Position numbers and translations under genes: made by a program
Shown here: piece after piece, positions 1 to 8,782 of the stretch
Layout: each line of letters begins with the position of its first letter
How positions within the stretch are numbered: the stretch's first letter is position 1
NCBI GenBank assembly: GCA_040380025.1
Contig: JBEIJY010000007.1
Coordinates: 1-64,000 of the forward strand
Reading direction: 5' to 3'
From: Bdellovibrionales bacterium
Lineage (GTDB): Bacteria > Bdellovibrionota > UBA1018 > CAIMNF01
DNA: 64,000 bases
The notes under the pieces: generated by a model
What the model saw: the letters and a program-made list of their open reading frames with translations, nothing else
What the model was told of the DNA's origin: nothing
Database searches by the model: none

Positions 1-108
1 CTCGCTTTCGCGCGTCACGCGCTCGCGAGAGTCGGCAAAAATAGAATGATTCCAACCCCCTCTCCCCATCCCGCTCCTGAATCAAGCACAATCAAAGGGG
101 GCAGTTTG
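1..108 (-). mobile_element. MITE/REPIN-like palindromic element, copy A (partial, cut by window edge)
   Basis: Reverse complement reads CAAACTGCCCCCTTTGATTGTGCTTGAT...TTTTTGCCGACTCTCGCGAGCGCGTGACGCGCGAAAGCGAG, colinear with the copies at 3614 and 20908. It ends 5 bp from the stop codon at 114-116. Confidence 0.8.
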
Positions 109-113
109 TTGAG

Positions 114-860
114 TCAGACCAGATTCTCGGCAAGACAAAGCTCACGGAACGGAAGAACCCGCCCGCCTTTTTCGGCAGATCCATGATCGGCGGTACCGAG
201 ATGAACCTGATACACCCGCGGAATCGCATATCGCTCCTGATAATAGCGAAGACTCGGCTGAAGCGACCGCTCGCCGGTTTTGCATTCCACTGCGAATACG
301 GGTTTTTTATCCCGGGTCACCACAAAATCGATCTCTCTTTTTTCGGCATCCTGGATGTATCGAAGTTCCATGCGATGCCCCTCGGTGTCCTCTTTGAAAT
401 GGCAGTACTTCAGCAGGTGCGAGGCCACGAGATTCTCGAATCGCGCTCCCTCGGTTTCGGCCTGCGACCAGTCCCATAAAAACAACTTTTGTGTTTTTTT
501 CACCGCTTTTGCCCGGTTTTTCAGAGCATAGGGAGCGATCCGGTAACAAAAATACACGCTCTCCAGGAGCGAAATCCAGCGCTCCACCGTGTGCGGCGAT
601 ACGCCAAGATCCTCCTGCAAGCTCTTGATCGAAAGCGGAGCGGCCACCCTGCCAAACAGAAGCTCCACCAGCAATTCGACCAGACTGATGTCCTTCACCG
701 TCGAAAGATCAGCCAGATCCTGGGTGGTCACCCTCGCGACCAGCTCTCTCTGCCAGCGTCGCAGATGGGTCTCATCGGCCTTGGAATACGGTTCCGGAAA
801 TCCACCAAACTGCAAAAGACGATTCAAATCCGACGACAAGAGCTTTGGATGGATCTCGGA
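114..860 (-). pseudogene. 5'-truncated AAA+ ATPase / DUF4143 family gene (C-terminal ~250 aa only)
   Basis: Contains the family's C-terminal motifs (FGGFPEPY, KAVKKTQKLFLWDWS, GARFENLVASHL, KREIDFVV, AVECKTG). No Walker A (GPRQxGKT-type) or Walker B upstream; the upstream sequence is a palindrome and the 3' end of the neighbouring gene. Confidence 0.65.
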
Positions 861-890
861 ATAAAATGCAGTCAACTGCATTTTATTCCG
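857..890. repeat. Perfect AT-rich inverted repeat (16-bp arms, 2-nt spacer)
   Basis: CGGAATAAAATGCAGT-CA-ACTGCATTTTATTCCG, 7 bp downstream of the stop at 898. Confidence 0.85.
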
Positions 891-897
891 GCCCCAC

Positions 898-2139
898 TCA
901 CAACCCGGGACCGCGCTGGTCCTGCGAGCGTTTTCGGGCGTTTCCGAGGGTGATCGCAAGCCCGATCCGGGCGTAGGTCGAGAACCCGGGGCTGTTCCAG
1001 TACAGGTTGTAAAACATGGCCGGCAGGGCGATCGAGGGGTCCGGATCGGTCAGGCTGAGCTCGCGATACCGGATGCTAAAATTCCCATCCAGCCTCACTG
1101 CGGGTTTCGAGGGACGGATCTGGTAGCTCAGGTTCACGCCGGCCGAGTAGGTTCCGACCTTCTCGCCTCCCGCACGGAGCGGAATACTAAAGCCCGCATT
1201 CCCCGTGGTTTTGAGACGGGAGTCTTTCGAGTACACAATGAACACGATGCTCGCTCCACCGCTGGCAAAGGTCTCATGGAGCCGGTCGAAAATCGTCCGG
1301 AGCCGGTACTGGTTGTGGACCACGCCGATCGTCCCCTGCACGCGCACCTGGGTGGGCTGGCCCTGATCGCGGATCGGCACGAGATTCCACTCGATTCCGC
1401 CGGTCCCCGAGGTCGAAAAGTTGATATTCTTTTGCGCGGGGCTGTGTTCGGCCCCCGTGATCAAAAACGCATTCCAGTGTTTCTTGTCGTTCAGGCTGTA
1501 GGTCAGCGCAACCGTGGAGCCCACCAAAAGCCCGCTGATTCCCTCTCTTGTCCCCGAGATGATCTGGTTCGATGCCGAAAAATCGAGATTGTTCACATTC
1601 TCGAACTTCACGCGCGGAAAAGACCCGGCATTCAGATTGTACAGTCCGCCGCCATACGAGGAATTGGTCTTTCCGTTGTTCGAAAACCGCGCATTCCCCG
1701 TGATGTCAAAAAACCACGAGCCGCCGTCGTCCCCGCTCGTGAGCGGCTCATTCACCAAATGCGAGAGAAAATCCCGGATCGGGGCGATAAGGCGCTCCTT
1801 GCGAATCCGATCGTCGGCTGTTCGCGGAAGCTGGATCCGGATCATGAAGCTCCCCGACGGAGCCGAAGCCGTGATCGAGTACTCGACATTGTCTCCGAGT
1901 GCCTGATCGCTCAAGGTGACACTCACCGGAGCAGAGGGATCCGAGACGATCGTGATTCCGTCCAAGGAATCCTGAATGAACTGGATCATCCCCGCACAGC
2001 CCAGAACCGATTCATCGCGGAACGCGCACTGGACTCCCACCACGGGCTTGGCATCGGTGGCCTGCGCGCGGGCATCGATGGAGCCCGACAGAACGAGACC
2101 GATGCCAAACGACAAAAACAATTTCAAAACTCTCATCAT
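898..2139 (-). CDS. Secreted/outer-membrane hypothetical protein (possible beta-barrel C-terminal domain)
   Basis: 413-aa ORF with an N-terminal signal peptide (ARA-Q) and a C-terminal region of alternating hydrophobic/aromatic, Gly-rich strands. Confidence 0.7.
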   Translation of the reverse strand: MMRVLKLFLSFGIGLVLSGSIDARAQATDAKPVVGVQCAFRDESVLGCAGMIQFIQDSLDGITIVSDPSAPVSVTLSDQALGDNVEYSITASAPSGSFMIRIQLPRTADDRIRKERLIAPIRDFLSHLVNEPLTSGDDGGSWFFDITGNARFSNNGKTNSSYGGGLYNLNAGSFPRVKFENVNNLDFSASNQIISGTREGISGLLVGSTVALTYSLNDKKHWNAFLITGAEHSPAQKNINFSTSGTGGIEWNLVPIRDQGQPTQVRVQGTIGVVHNQYRLRTIFDRLHETFASGGASIVFIVYSKDSRLKTTGNAGFSIPLRAGGEKVGTYSAGVNLSYQIRPSKPAVRLDGNFSIRYRELSLTDPDPSIALPAMFYNLYWNSPGFSTYARIGLAITLGNARKRSQDQRGPGL

Positions 2140-2160
2140 CCAGCCTTGGGGGTCGAAGGG

Positions 2161-3567
2161 TTAAAGCACGCGGATCGGATTCGAGATCACCCAAGGATAG
2201 GTCTTCCGGGAGAGGCGCTCCGAGCGCGATTCGCGCTTAAGATGCAAGGGAATGATGAAAATCTCAACCCGATAATGGCCGGGCGCCGCAGGAACATGCG
2301 AGAAATCGGCTGTTTGGCCGGTCAAAATACGGGTTTCGACACCTTCCGGATTGACGTGGATCAAATCGGCGAAGATCTTGGGGCGATCTTCGGATCCGAT
2401 CGGAGCGAGCGGCGAATGAACCGAGGGGATTCGGATCTCGAGCACCGGCGAGGATTTCAACGATGCCCCTCCTCCCATCCCGGTCCGGACCGCGGTGCCG
2501 GGCTTCCTTCCCCGAGAAAGGGCAAAAAAATCAAACCCTGCCGGCGTGCCCAGCACCTCGAACACACCGAGCACCCTGCCCTCCCGGATCGCGGATTTCG
2601 CCGAATCCGGGGTCAGGTCGGGTGCGAGAATCCAGTTCGAGAGCTGCCCCAACATGCGACGATGGGAGTCCAATCGGAGCCCGTCCTCGGCCTTCATGCG
2701 AAACACATTCTGATGCGAGTCGATTCCGAGAACACCCGTCACGTGTCCGAAGCGAGAAAGGAGTTTTGCCCATTTCTCGAAGTACACCGGACTCAGCTTC
2801 AGGAACTCGAGCACGAAAAAATCCGGATTCGCCCAGCCGACCGGATCGAACAGATACTTCAGGAGACCGCCCATGAACCAAGACTCGCCCAGATGGTCTC
2901 TTCGAATCAACGGATGCCCCGAAGCGTGAAGATTGAACACCTCGATGAAATCGGGCTTCAGCTCGTACAAATACTCAAGACTCCGACTCTCGGTGTGAGG
3001 CACTCCGACGACCGCTCCCGTTTCTTTCTCGAACAGGAGTTTTGCATCGTTTTTTGCCGATCCCCCGCTCTCCATCACCTTGCGCCACGAGGAGTCATCC
3101 CGCCACTCCATTCCGAGCCCGAGAAGGGTCCCCTCTAGGCCGGGCATCAAATAGGGCCGAAATCCGTTCTCGCATCCGATCCGGATGGCGATCTCGCGGC
3201 CCTTCGCGGTCCGCACCGCAGAATCCTTCGGCCCCTTCAACAGAACCGCCGGATACGTCGCCTGTTCGAGCTTGTGCGGATGATCCGTCAGAAACGCGAA
3301 ATCGAGGTGGTTCGCACAAATCGCGTCTTTCAGGTCACGCTCGCACTGCGGGTTGATCGACCCGTCCGGATTGAGCCCCTTGTCGTCGCAAGCGTCGTAC
3401 GAAAACGGCCCATGAAGGTGCGTCTGCACCCGAAACCACCGCTGCCCCTTTGGGACCGGAAGCCCGAGGAGGTCAGGGAGCCCTGCCCTTGGCTCGCGAA
3501 GAGCAAAGGCGGTGGCTCCAAGCCATAGGCCCGGAGCGAGACACAAAAGAATCAACCATGACCTCAT
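2161..3567 (-). CDS. Secreted PHP-domain metal-dependent phosphoesterase-like protein
   Basis: Signal peptide; HLHGPFSYD, AFLTDH, PHTE, IEVFNLH and GIDSH motifs typical of the PHP fold. Confidence 0.75.
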   Translation of the reverse strand: MRSWLILLCLAPGLWLGATAFALREPRAGLPDLLGLPVPKGQRWFRVQTHLHGPFSYDACDDKGLNPDGSINPQCERDLKDAICANHLDFAFLTDHPHKLEQATYPAVLLKGPKDSAVRTAKGREIAIRIGCENGFRPYLMPGLEGTLLGLGMEWRDDSSWRKVMESGGSAKNDAKLLFEKETGAVVGVPHTESRSLEYLYELKPDFIEVFNLHASGHPLIRRDHLGESWFMGGLLKYLFDPVGWANPDFFVLEFLKLSPVYFEKWAKLLSRFGHVTGVLGIDSHQNVFRMKAEDGLRLDSHRRMLGQLSNWILAPDLTPDSAKSAIREGRVLGVFEVLGTPAGFDFFALSRGRKPGTAVRTGMGGGASLKSSPVLEIRIPSVHSPLAPIGSEDRPKIFADLIHVNPEGVETRILTGQTADFSHVPAAPGHYRVEIFIIPLHLKRESRSERLSRKTYPWVISNPIRVL

Positions 3568-3613
3568 CCAGACGAGGATATCTGACGCCGATCAATCGAG
3601 GCAAGTGCCGATC

Positions 3614-3815
3614 CAAACTGCCCCCTTTCATTGTGCTTGATGGGGCAGTGGGATGAAGAGAAGGGACTGGGATGATTCGGTTTTCCCCGACTCTCGCGAG
3701 GCAGGATTGCCGACAGCGAGGCCGCAGGACGCGGCTCGGAGGGGAAAATCGAATTATTCCAATCCCTTATCTTCATCCCTCGGCACAAAAAAGCACAGGC
3801 AAAGGGGGCAGTTTG
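3614..3815 (+). mobile_element. MITE/REPIN-like palindromic element, copy B (202 bp)
   Basis: Termini CAAACTGCCCCCTTT...AAAGGGGGCAGTTTG; inner 39-bp arms 3650-3688/3741-3779; conserved core 3689-3740; flanks GTGCCGATC (3605-3613) / GTGCGGATC (3816-3824), an 8/9 direct repeat. Confidence 0.85.
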
Positions 3816-3822
3816 GTGCGGA

Positions 3823-6171
3823 TCAGGCTTTCGCCGATTCGGTTTTTTTCTCGGGACTCGGGACCCTCGACTCGATCACAAAGTGCGGGCGGTCGTCCTT
3901 CAGAACCACGCGCACGGCTCCGCCGTTCTCAAGTTTTCCGAAGAGGATTTCTTCTGAAAGCGGCCGTTTGATCTCGTCTTGGATGACCCGCGCCAGCGGG
4001 CGCGCTCCCATCTTCCGGTCATAGCCCTTCTTGCCGAGCCACTCTCGAACGGGTTGCTCGAGCTCGATCTCGACGTTCTTCGCGAGGAGCAAATGCTCAA
4101 GCTCGACGATTTGTTTGTTCACCACCTGTTCCATCATCCGCTCGTCGAGAGGGTTGAAGAACACCGTGGCATCGAGGCGGTTCCGGAATTCCGGCGAGAA
4201 CGTGCGCTCGAGCTCTTTTTGCGAAGCTCCCGCTCCGCCCGGATCATTCTGGAATCCGACCGCCCTGCGCTCTGCATCCCGCGAACCCACGTTTGAGGTC
4301 ATGATGAGAATGATATTCCGGAAGTCGGCTTTTTTGCCGTTGTTGTCGGTCAAAAAACCGTGATCCATCACCTGGAGCATGATGTTCCAGACACTCGGAT
4401 GGGCTTTTTCGATCTCATCCAGAAGCACGACCGAATGCGGGTTTTTCATTGCGGCATCGGTCAAAAGCCCCGCCTGCTCGAACCCCACATATCCCGGAGG
4501 CGCGCCGATCAGGCGCGAAACGGTGTGCTGCTCCATGTACTCAGACATGTCGAAGCGAAGGAAGGAAACCCCGAGATGGCTTGCAAGCTGTTTCGAGAGC
4601 TCGGTTTTTCCGACCCCGGTCGGCCCGCAAAACAAGAACGATCCGATGGGGCGATCTCCGGTGCGCAAGCCCGAACGCGCAAGACGGATCGCCGAGACGA
4701 TTCTCTCGATCGCATGATCCTGCCCAAAGATCGTGAGTCGCAAGTTCCGATCGAGCGCCTGCAGGCGGTCTTTTTGGTTGTGGGTCACGGTTTTCGCCGG
4801 AATCCGCGCCATTTGCGCGATCATTTCCTCGACCTCGATTCCGGTGACCAGAACGGGCGCCGCCGGATCGACGGGCTGTTCTTGCACCCGTTTGATCCGG
4901 AGCTTTGCGCCGACCTCGTCGATCACGTCGATCGCCTTGTCGGGCAAAAACCGGTCGGTCAGATGCTTCACCGAGAGCTCGACCGCGGATTGAATCGACT
5001 CGGGGGTGTAAATGACCCCGTGGTGCATCTCGAACTGGGGCTTCAGTCCGTTCAGGATTTGAATCGTTTCGTCCTGGGTGGGCTCGGGCACGTCGATTTT
5101 TTGAAACCGCCGCGAGAGCGCGAGATCGCGCGCAAACGAGCTCCGGTACTCCTGGAATGTGGTCGAACCGAAACACCGGATCTCGCCGCGTGCGAGCATG
5201 GGCTTCAGCAGATTCGCCGCATCGACCGTGCCGCCGTTCACCGATCCGGCCCCGATGATGGTGTGAATCTCGTCAATGAAGAGGACGGGGAACTGCCCGC
5301 GCGAGTGCTTGGTCTCGAGCGCCTGAATGACCCGCTTCATGCGTTGCTCGAAATCCCCCCGGAACTTCGTTCCGGCGAGAAGGGCACCGAGATCGAGCGA
5401 GTAAATCACCGCCTCCCGAAGCAGATCGGGCACCTCGCGGTCGACGATCTTTTGCGCAAGACCTTCGGCGATCGCGGTCTTTCCGACGCCGGCCTCACCG
5501 ACCAGAAGGGGATTGTTCTTGCGTCTGCGGCAAAGGGTTTGAATGACCCGATCGAGCTCCTGTTTTCGTCCCACGAGGGGATCCAGTCGCCCGTTCTTCG
5601 CCAGTTCATTCAGATTCACCGTGTAGCTCGAGAGCACATCGTTCATCGACGCTCGGTGTTCGCTTTGCGGCTTCTGGCCCGACGCAGGTTGTTCTCCCGA
5701 CTCGGATTGAGACGCGCTCGAGAGATCCTCGGACGCTCCCTGCCCGTGACTGATGAAGCTCACCACTTCAAGACGATCAATGCCCTGCTGATTCAAAAGA
5801 TAGAGCGCCCAGGAGTCTTTGGCCTGAAACAGGGCGACAAACAAATCCACGGGTTGGATCTCGGTTTTTCCCGAGGACTGCACCTGAAAGATTGCGCGCT
5901 GGACGAGCCTCTGGACGCCCAAAGTCGCGATGGGGTTTTCTGCCTCGCCCTTTTCGGTTTTTGGCGCAAGCGGCACCTCCTTTTGCAGGTACGCCTTCAC
6001 GTCCTCACGGAGCTTCTCGACTGATCCTTTGCAGTGCTGGACCACCTGCACCACCTCGGGCTCATCGAGCAACACGGCCAGCACATGCTCAAGCGTCAAG
6101 AACTCGTGCTTGCCCTCGACTGCGGCCGACAGAGCCCGATTCAATACTGATTCCGCGCGTTTCCCGATCAT
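3823..6171 (-). CDS. clpA: ATP-dependent Clp protease ATP-binding subunit ClpA
   Basis: Clp N-domain, two AAA+ modules ([16 protein letters not shown]), RFDMSEY motif, no ClpB middle domain; directly downstream of clpS. Confidence 0.95.
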   Translation of the reverse strand: MIGKRAESVLNRALSAAVEGKHEFLTLEHVLAVLLDEPEVVQVVQHCKGSVEKLREDVKAYLQKEVPLAPKTEKGEAENPIATLGVQRLVQRAIFQVQSSGKTEIQPVDLFVALFQAKDSWALYLLNQQGIDRLEVVSFISHGQGASEDLSSASQSESGEQPASGQKPQSEHRASMNDVLSSYTVNLNELAKNGRLDPLVGRKQELDRVIQTLCRRRKNNPLLVGEAGVGKTAIAEGLAQKIVDREVPDLLREAVIYSLDLGALLAGTKFRGDFEQRMKRVIQALETKHSRGQFPVLFIDEIHTIIGAGSVNGGTVDAANLLKPMLARGEIRCFGSTTFQEYRSSFARDLALSRRFQKIDVPEPTQDETIQILNGLKPQFEMHHGVIYTPESIQSAVELSVKHLTDRFLPDKAIDVIDEVGAKLRIKRVQEQPVDPAAPVLVTGIEVEEMIAQMARIPAKTVTHNQKDRLQALDRNLRLTIFGQDHAIERIVSAIRLARSGLRTGDRPIGSFLFCGPTGVGKTELSKQLASHLGVSFLRFDMSEYMEQHTVSRLIGAPPGYVGFEQAGLLTDAAMKNPHSVVLLDEIEKAHPSVWNIMLQVMDHGFLTDNNGKKADFRNIILIMTSNVGSRDAERRAVGFQNDPGGAGASQKELERTFSPEFRNRLDATVFFNPLDERMMEQVVNKQIVELEHLLLAKNVEIELEQPVREWLGKKGYDRKMGARPLARVIQDEIKRPLSEEILFGKLENGGAVRVVLKDDRPHFVIESRVPSPEKKTESAKA

Positions 6172-6521
6172 CGTTCATTCCTCTCCACCGGTTCCATCGT
6201 GAGTTTCAAGGGAAACCCCGACCTCCGGGCCTTTTCTGTGACCTTCAGGATCTTGCTTTCGGCGATCTCGAACGAGTACACGCCTGCCACGGCCTTTCCT
6301 TCTTCATGCACTTTCAGCATGATCCCGACCGCTTCTTCATGTGGTTTCGAAAAGTCCGAAGTCAAGACCTCCACAACGAATTCCATCGTCGTGTAATCAT
6401 CGTTATGCAAGAACACTGCGAACTTGCGGGGAGGCTCATTGACCGCGTCCAGCTCCTTCACGGCCGCTCCCGACTCGCCCTCGGTTCCTGGGTTTTGCGT
6501 CAAGTCCTTGTCTGATTCCAT
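6168..6521 (-). CDS. clpS: Clp protease adaptor ClpS
   Basis: VFLHNDDYTTMEFVVEVL, MLKVHEEGKAVAG and FPLKLTME motifs; overlaps the clpA start. Confidence 0.95.
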   Translation of the reverse strand: MESDKDLTQNPGTEGESGAAVKELDAVNEPPRKFAVFLHNDDYTTMEFVVEVLTSDFSKPHEEAVGIMLKVHEEGKAVAGVYSFEIAESKILKVTEKARRSGFPLKLTMEPVERNER

Positions 6522-6576
6522 GGTTTTCCTTGCACAAATTCTAGCATATTCCGCCCGATCCTGAGATCATTTCAGC

Positions 6577-7722
6577 ATGGGCATCCGGATTCCACGCGCC
6601 CCCGAAGAAAAAACCGAGGCCAACACGGCTTCGATCGCCTTTGACCACACCGATCCGAACCCGAACGGAGCGCGGCCCCCTGCGTCCATGCCCGATCTGG
6701 GAATCCTGAACGGCGCACTTTCGGACCCGGAAGTCACCGAGATCATGGTGAATGATCTGCGCAACATTGCCATCGAAAAACGCGGACAGATCGTGGTGAC
6801 CCCGATCCGCTTCAAGAGCCTCGAGGAGCTCGACCGTGTGGTCCAGATTCTGGCCCTTCCGTCCGGAAACCGGATCTCTCCCGAACATCCCCTCTGCGTG
6901 ACCACCCTGCCTGACGGATCGCGCGTGCATATTGCGGCACCCCCGATCACCGACTATGGTCCGTGCATCACGATCCGGCGTTTTCCGAAGCACCTGAACA
7001 TCTCCCAGCTCCTGCAATCGAAGATGCTCGATGTGCGGATGGCGCAATTCTTATCGGCATGCCTGCAGGGCCGCCAGAACGTTCTGATCAGCGGGGGAAC
7101 CGCCTCCGGAAAAACCACGCTCTTGAATGCGCTTCTTCCCTTGGTGCCGCCCCATGAACGGGTGATCACGATCGAGGAATCGCCCGAGATTCCGTATGTG
7201 CTTCCGAATCAGGTGAAGCTGACGGCGAGTGTTGCGACCGACGCTTCGGAGCAGGACATTTCGGTTCGGGAACTGATTCCGCATGCGCTCCGGATGCGAC
7301 CGGACCGGATCATTCTGGGCGATTGCCACGGCCCGGAAGCGAGGGAATTCATTCAGGCCATGAACGCCGGACACCGCGGCTCTATGACAACGCTTCATGC
7401 GGGCTCGCCCCGTGAGGCGCTCCTCCGGCTGGAGACGCTCTTGATGAGTGCGGGGCCCGAGATGCCGCTACCGGCAATCCGCAGGCAAATCGCGGGCGCG
7501 CTGGATTTGATTCTTCAGATCCGGAGGTTTCCTTCGGGAGTCCGGAAGCTCGTGTCGATCCAAGAAGTGTCCGGCTCCGATCAGGACACCTTGGTGTTGC
7601 ACGAGGTGTTCTCCTTCGAGCCGAAGAACCCGCTCGATTCCCAGAGCGATGAGGGAACCTTCCGGTTCAATGCCCCGTCGGGTATCGCAGATAAGCTGAA
7701 GGCGCAGGGGATCCGCGTCTAA
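6577..7722 (+). CDS. CpaF/TadA-family secretion ATPase
   Basis: DPEVTEIMVN, LPDGSRV, Walker A GGTASGKTT, TIEE, LRMRPDRIILG and His-box GHRGSMTTLHA. Confidence 0.9.
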   Translation: MGIRIPRAPEEKTEANTASIAFDHTDPNPNGARPPASMPDLGILNGALSDPEVTEIMVNDLRNIAIEKRGQIVVTPIRFKSLEELDRVVQILALPSGNRISPEHPLCVTTLPDGSRVHIAAPPITDYGPCITIRRFPKHLNISQLLQSKMLDVRMAQFLSACLQGRQNVLISGGTASGKTTLLNALLPLVPPHERVITIEESPEIPYVLPNQVKLTASVATDASEQDISVRELIPHALRMRPDRIILGDCHGPEAREFIQAMNAGHRGSMTTLHAGSPREALLRLETLLMSAGPEMPLPAIRRQIAGALDLILQIRRFPSGVRKLVSIQEVSGSDQDTLVLHEVFSFEPKNPLDSQSDEGTFRFNAPSGIADKLKAQGIRV

Positions 7723-7793
7723 ACTGCCCCCTTTGATTGTGCTTGGTGATGGAGCGGGCTCAATGGAGAAGCACAATCAAAGGGGGCAGTTTG
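7720..7793. repeat. TIR-only short derivative of the palindromic element (copy C1)
   Basis: Perfect 24-bp arms AAACTGCCCCCTTTGATTGTGCTT (7721-7744) / AAGCACAATCAAAGGGGGCAGTTT (7769-7792) with a 24-bp spacer; begins within the TAA stop of the CpaF-like gene. Confidence 0.85.
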
Positions 7794-7801
7794 CATGAAA
7801 T

Positions 7802-7975
7802 GCCTGAATCTCGGATTGCCCGAAACCATCCCGCCCCGTGAGGGCCCCACGAATGCTGGATGAGGCTCTCGCGAGCCAGGATGGCGAAAGCGAGGCCGCA
7901 GGACGCGGCTCGCCGAAATCCAGCATTCGTGGGGCCCTCACGGAGCGGGATGGTTTCGGGCGAACTGATTCAAGC
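7802..7975 (+). repeat. Core-bearing hairpin element lacking the family TIR (copy C2)
   Basis: 44-bp arms 7818-7861/7918-7961 (43/44 complementary) enclosing CTCTCGCGAGCCAGGATGGCGAAAGCGAGGCCGCAGGACGCGGCTCG. Confidence 0.85.
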
Positions 7976-8016
7976 GGATCGGGATTACTTTCGATATTTA
8001 CAACGAATTCAGTTTA

Positions 8017-8778
8017 ATGCTACGCATGAGAGTAATGACACAGCTCGACCCGACTCCTTCTTCGATCCCGTCCGCCGAACCCAACGGGTTTGTGAAAACC
8101 CTGAATCAAATGGGCTACATGACGAGCACCCTCGACCCGGTCTCGCAGGAGTTTGTCCGATTCGCAAAAAACCAGACCCTGCCGGTTCTGGACCTGGGCG
8201 CCGCCTACGGTGTGGCCAGCCGCCAGGCCCTGATGGCCGGTGCGCGCGTGATCGCGAACGATCTCGACGGCCGGCATCTCGACCTGTTCGAATCCACCCT
8301 GCCCGAGCCGGAACGCTCACGACTCAGCAAGCTCCCCGGCGATCTCCGCAGCCTTTCTCTGCCCGAGGGATCCTGCTCGGCGATTCTCGTGTGTCGCGTC
8401 CTGCATTTTTTCCGTGGCGAAGAGATCGAAGCCGCCGCGCAGAAGTTCCATCGCTGGCTCGCCAAGGGCGGCCGCATTTTCGTCGTATGCGAGACTCCGT
8501 ATCTCAAGAACTTCTCGAGCTTCATTCCGGTCTACGAGGAGCGAAAGAGATCGGGAGTCCGCTGGCCCGGCTTCATCGCGAACGTCGCCGAAGTCGCGCC
8601 CGAGCGTGCCGCATTCCTTCCGCCCGAGATGCACCTGCTTGATCCGGAGGTTCTGACCCGGAGCTTTGAGGCCGCGGGATTCCTCACCACCTGGTGCTCC
8701 ACCCTTTCGCGCACGGACTTCCCCGAGGACATCCGTCTCGACGGCCGCGAGAGCGTGGGCTACATCGGAAGAAAGTGA
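8017..8778 (+). CDS. Class I SAM-dependent methyltransferase (start could be 8026 or 8035)
   Basis: VLDLGAAYG motif I, VIANDLD, CRVLHFF, LAKGGRIFV. Confidence 0.88.
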   Translation: MLRMRVMTQLDPTPSSIPSAEPNGFVKTLNQMGYMTSTLDPVSQEFVRFAKNQTLPVLDLGAAYGVASRQALMAGARVIANDLDGRHLDLFESTLPEPERSRLSKLPGDLRSLSLPEGSCSAILVCRVLHFFRGEEIEAAAQKFHRWLAKGGRIFVVCETPYLKNFSSFIPVYEERKRSGVRWPGFIANVAEVAPERAAFLPPEMHLLDPEVLTRSFEAAGFLTTWCSTLSRTDFPEDIRLDGRESVGYIGRK

Positions 8779-8782
8779 CCGG

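Noticed and set aside
3564..4024. Small ORFs over the elements (3564-3788, 3653-4024, 7860 onward, 20903-21287)
   Set aside because: These are translations of palindromic repeats with no RBS or transposase motifs.
7866..7912. Element core as a hammerhead ribozyme (GA-stem-GAAA)
   Set aside because: The required CUGANGA is CUCGCGA here and those bases pair with GCGAG. Copy B has GACA instead of GAAA.
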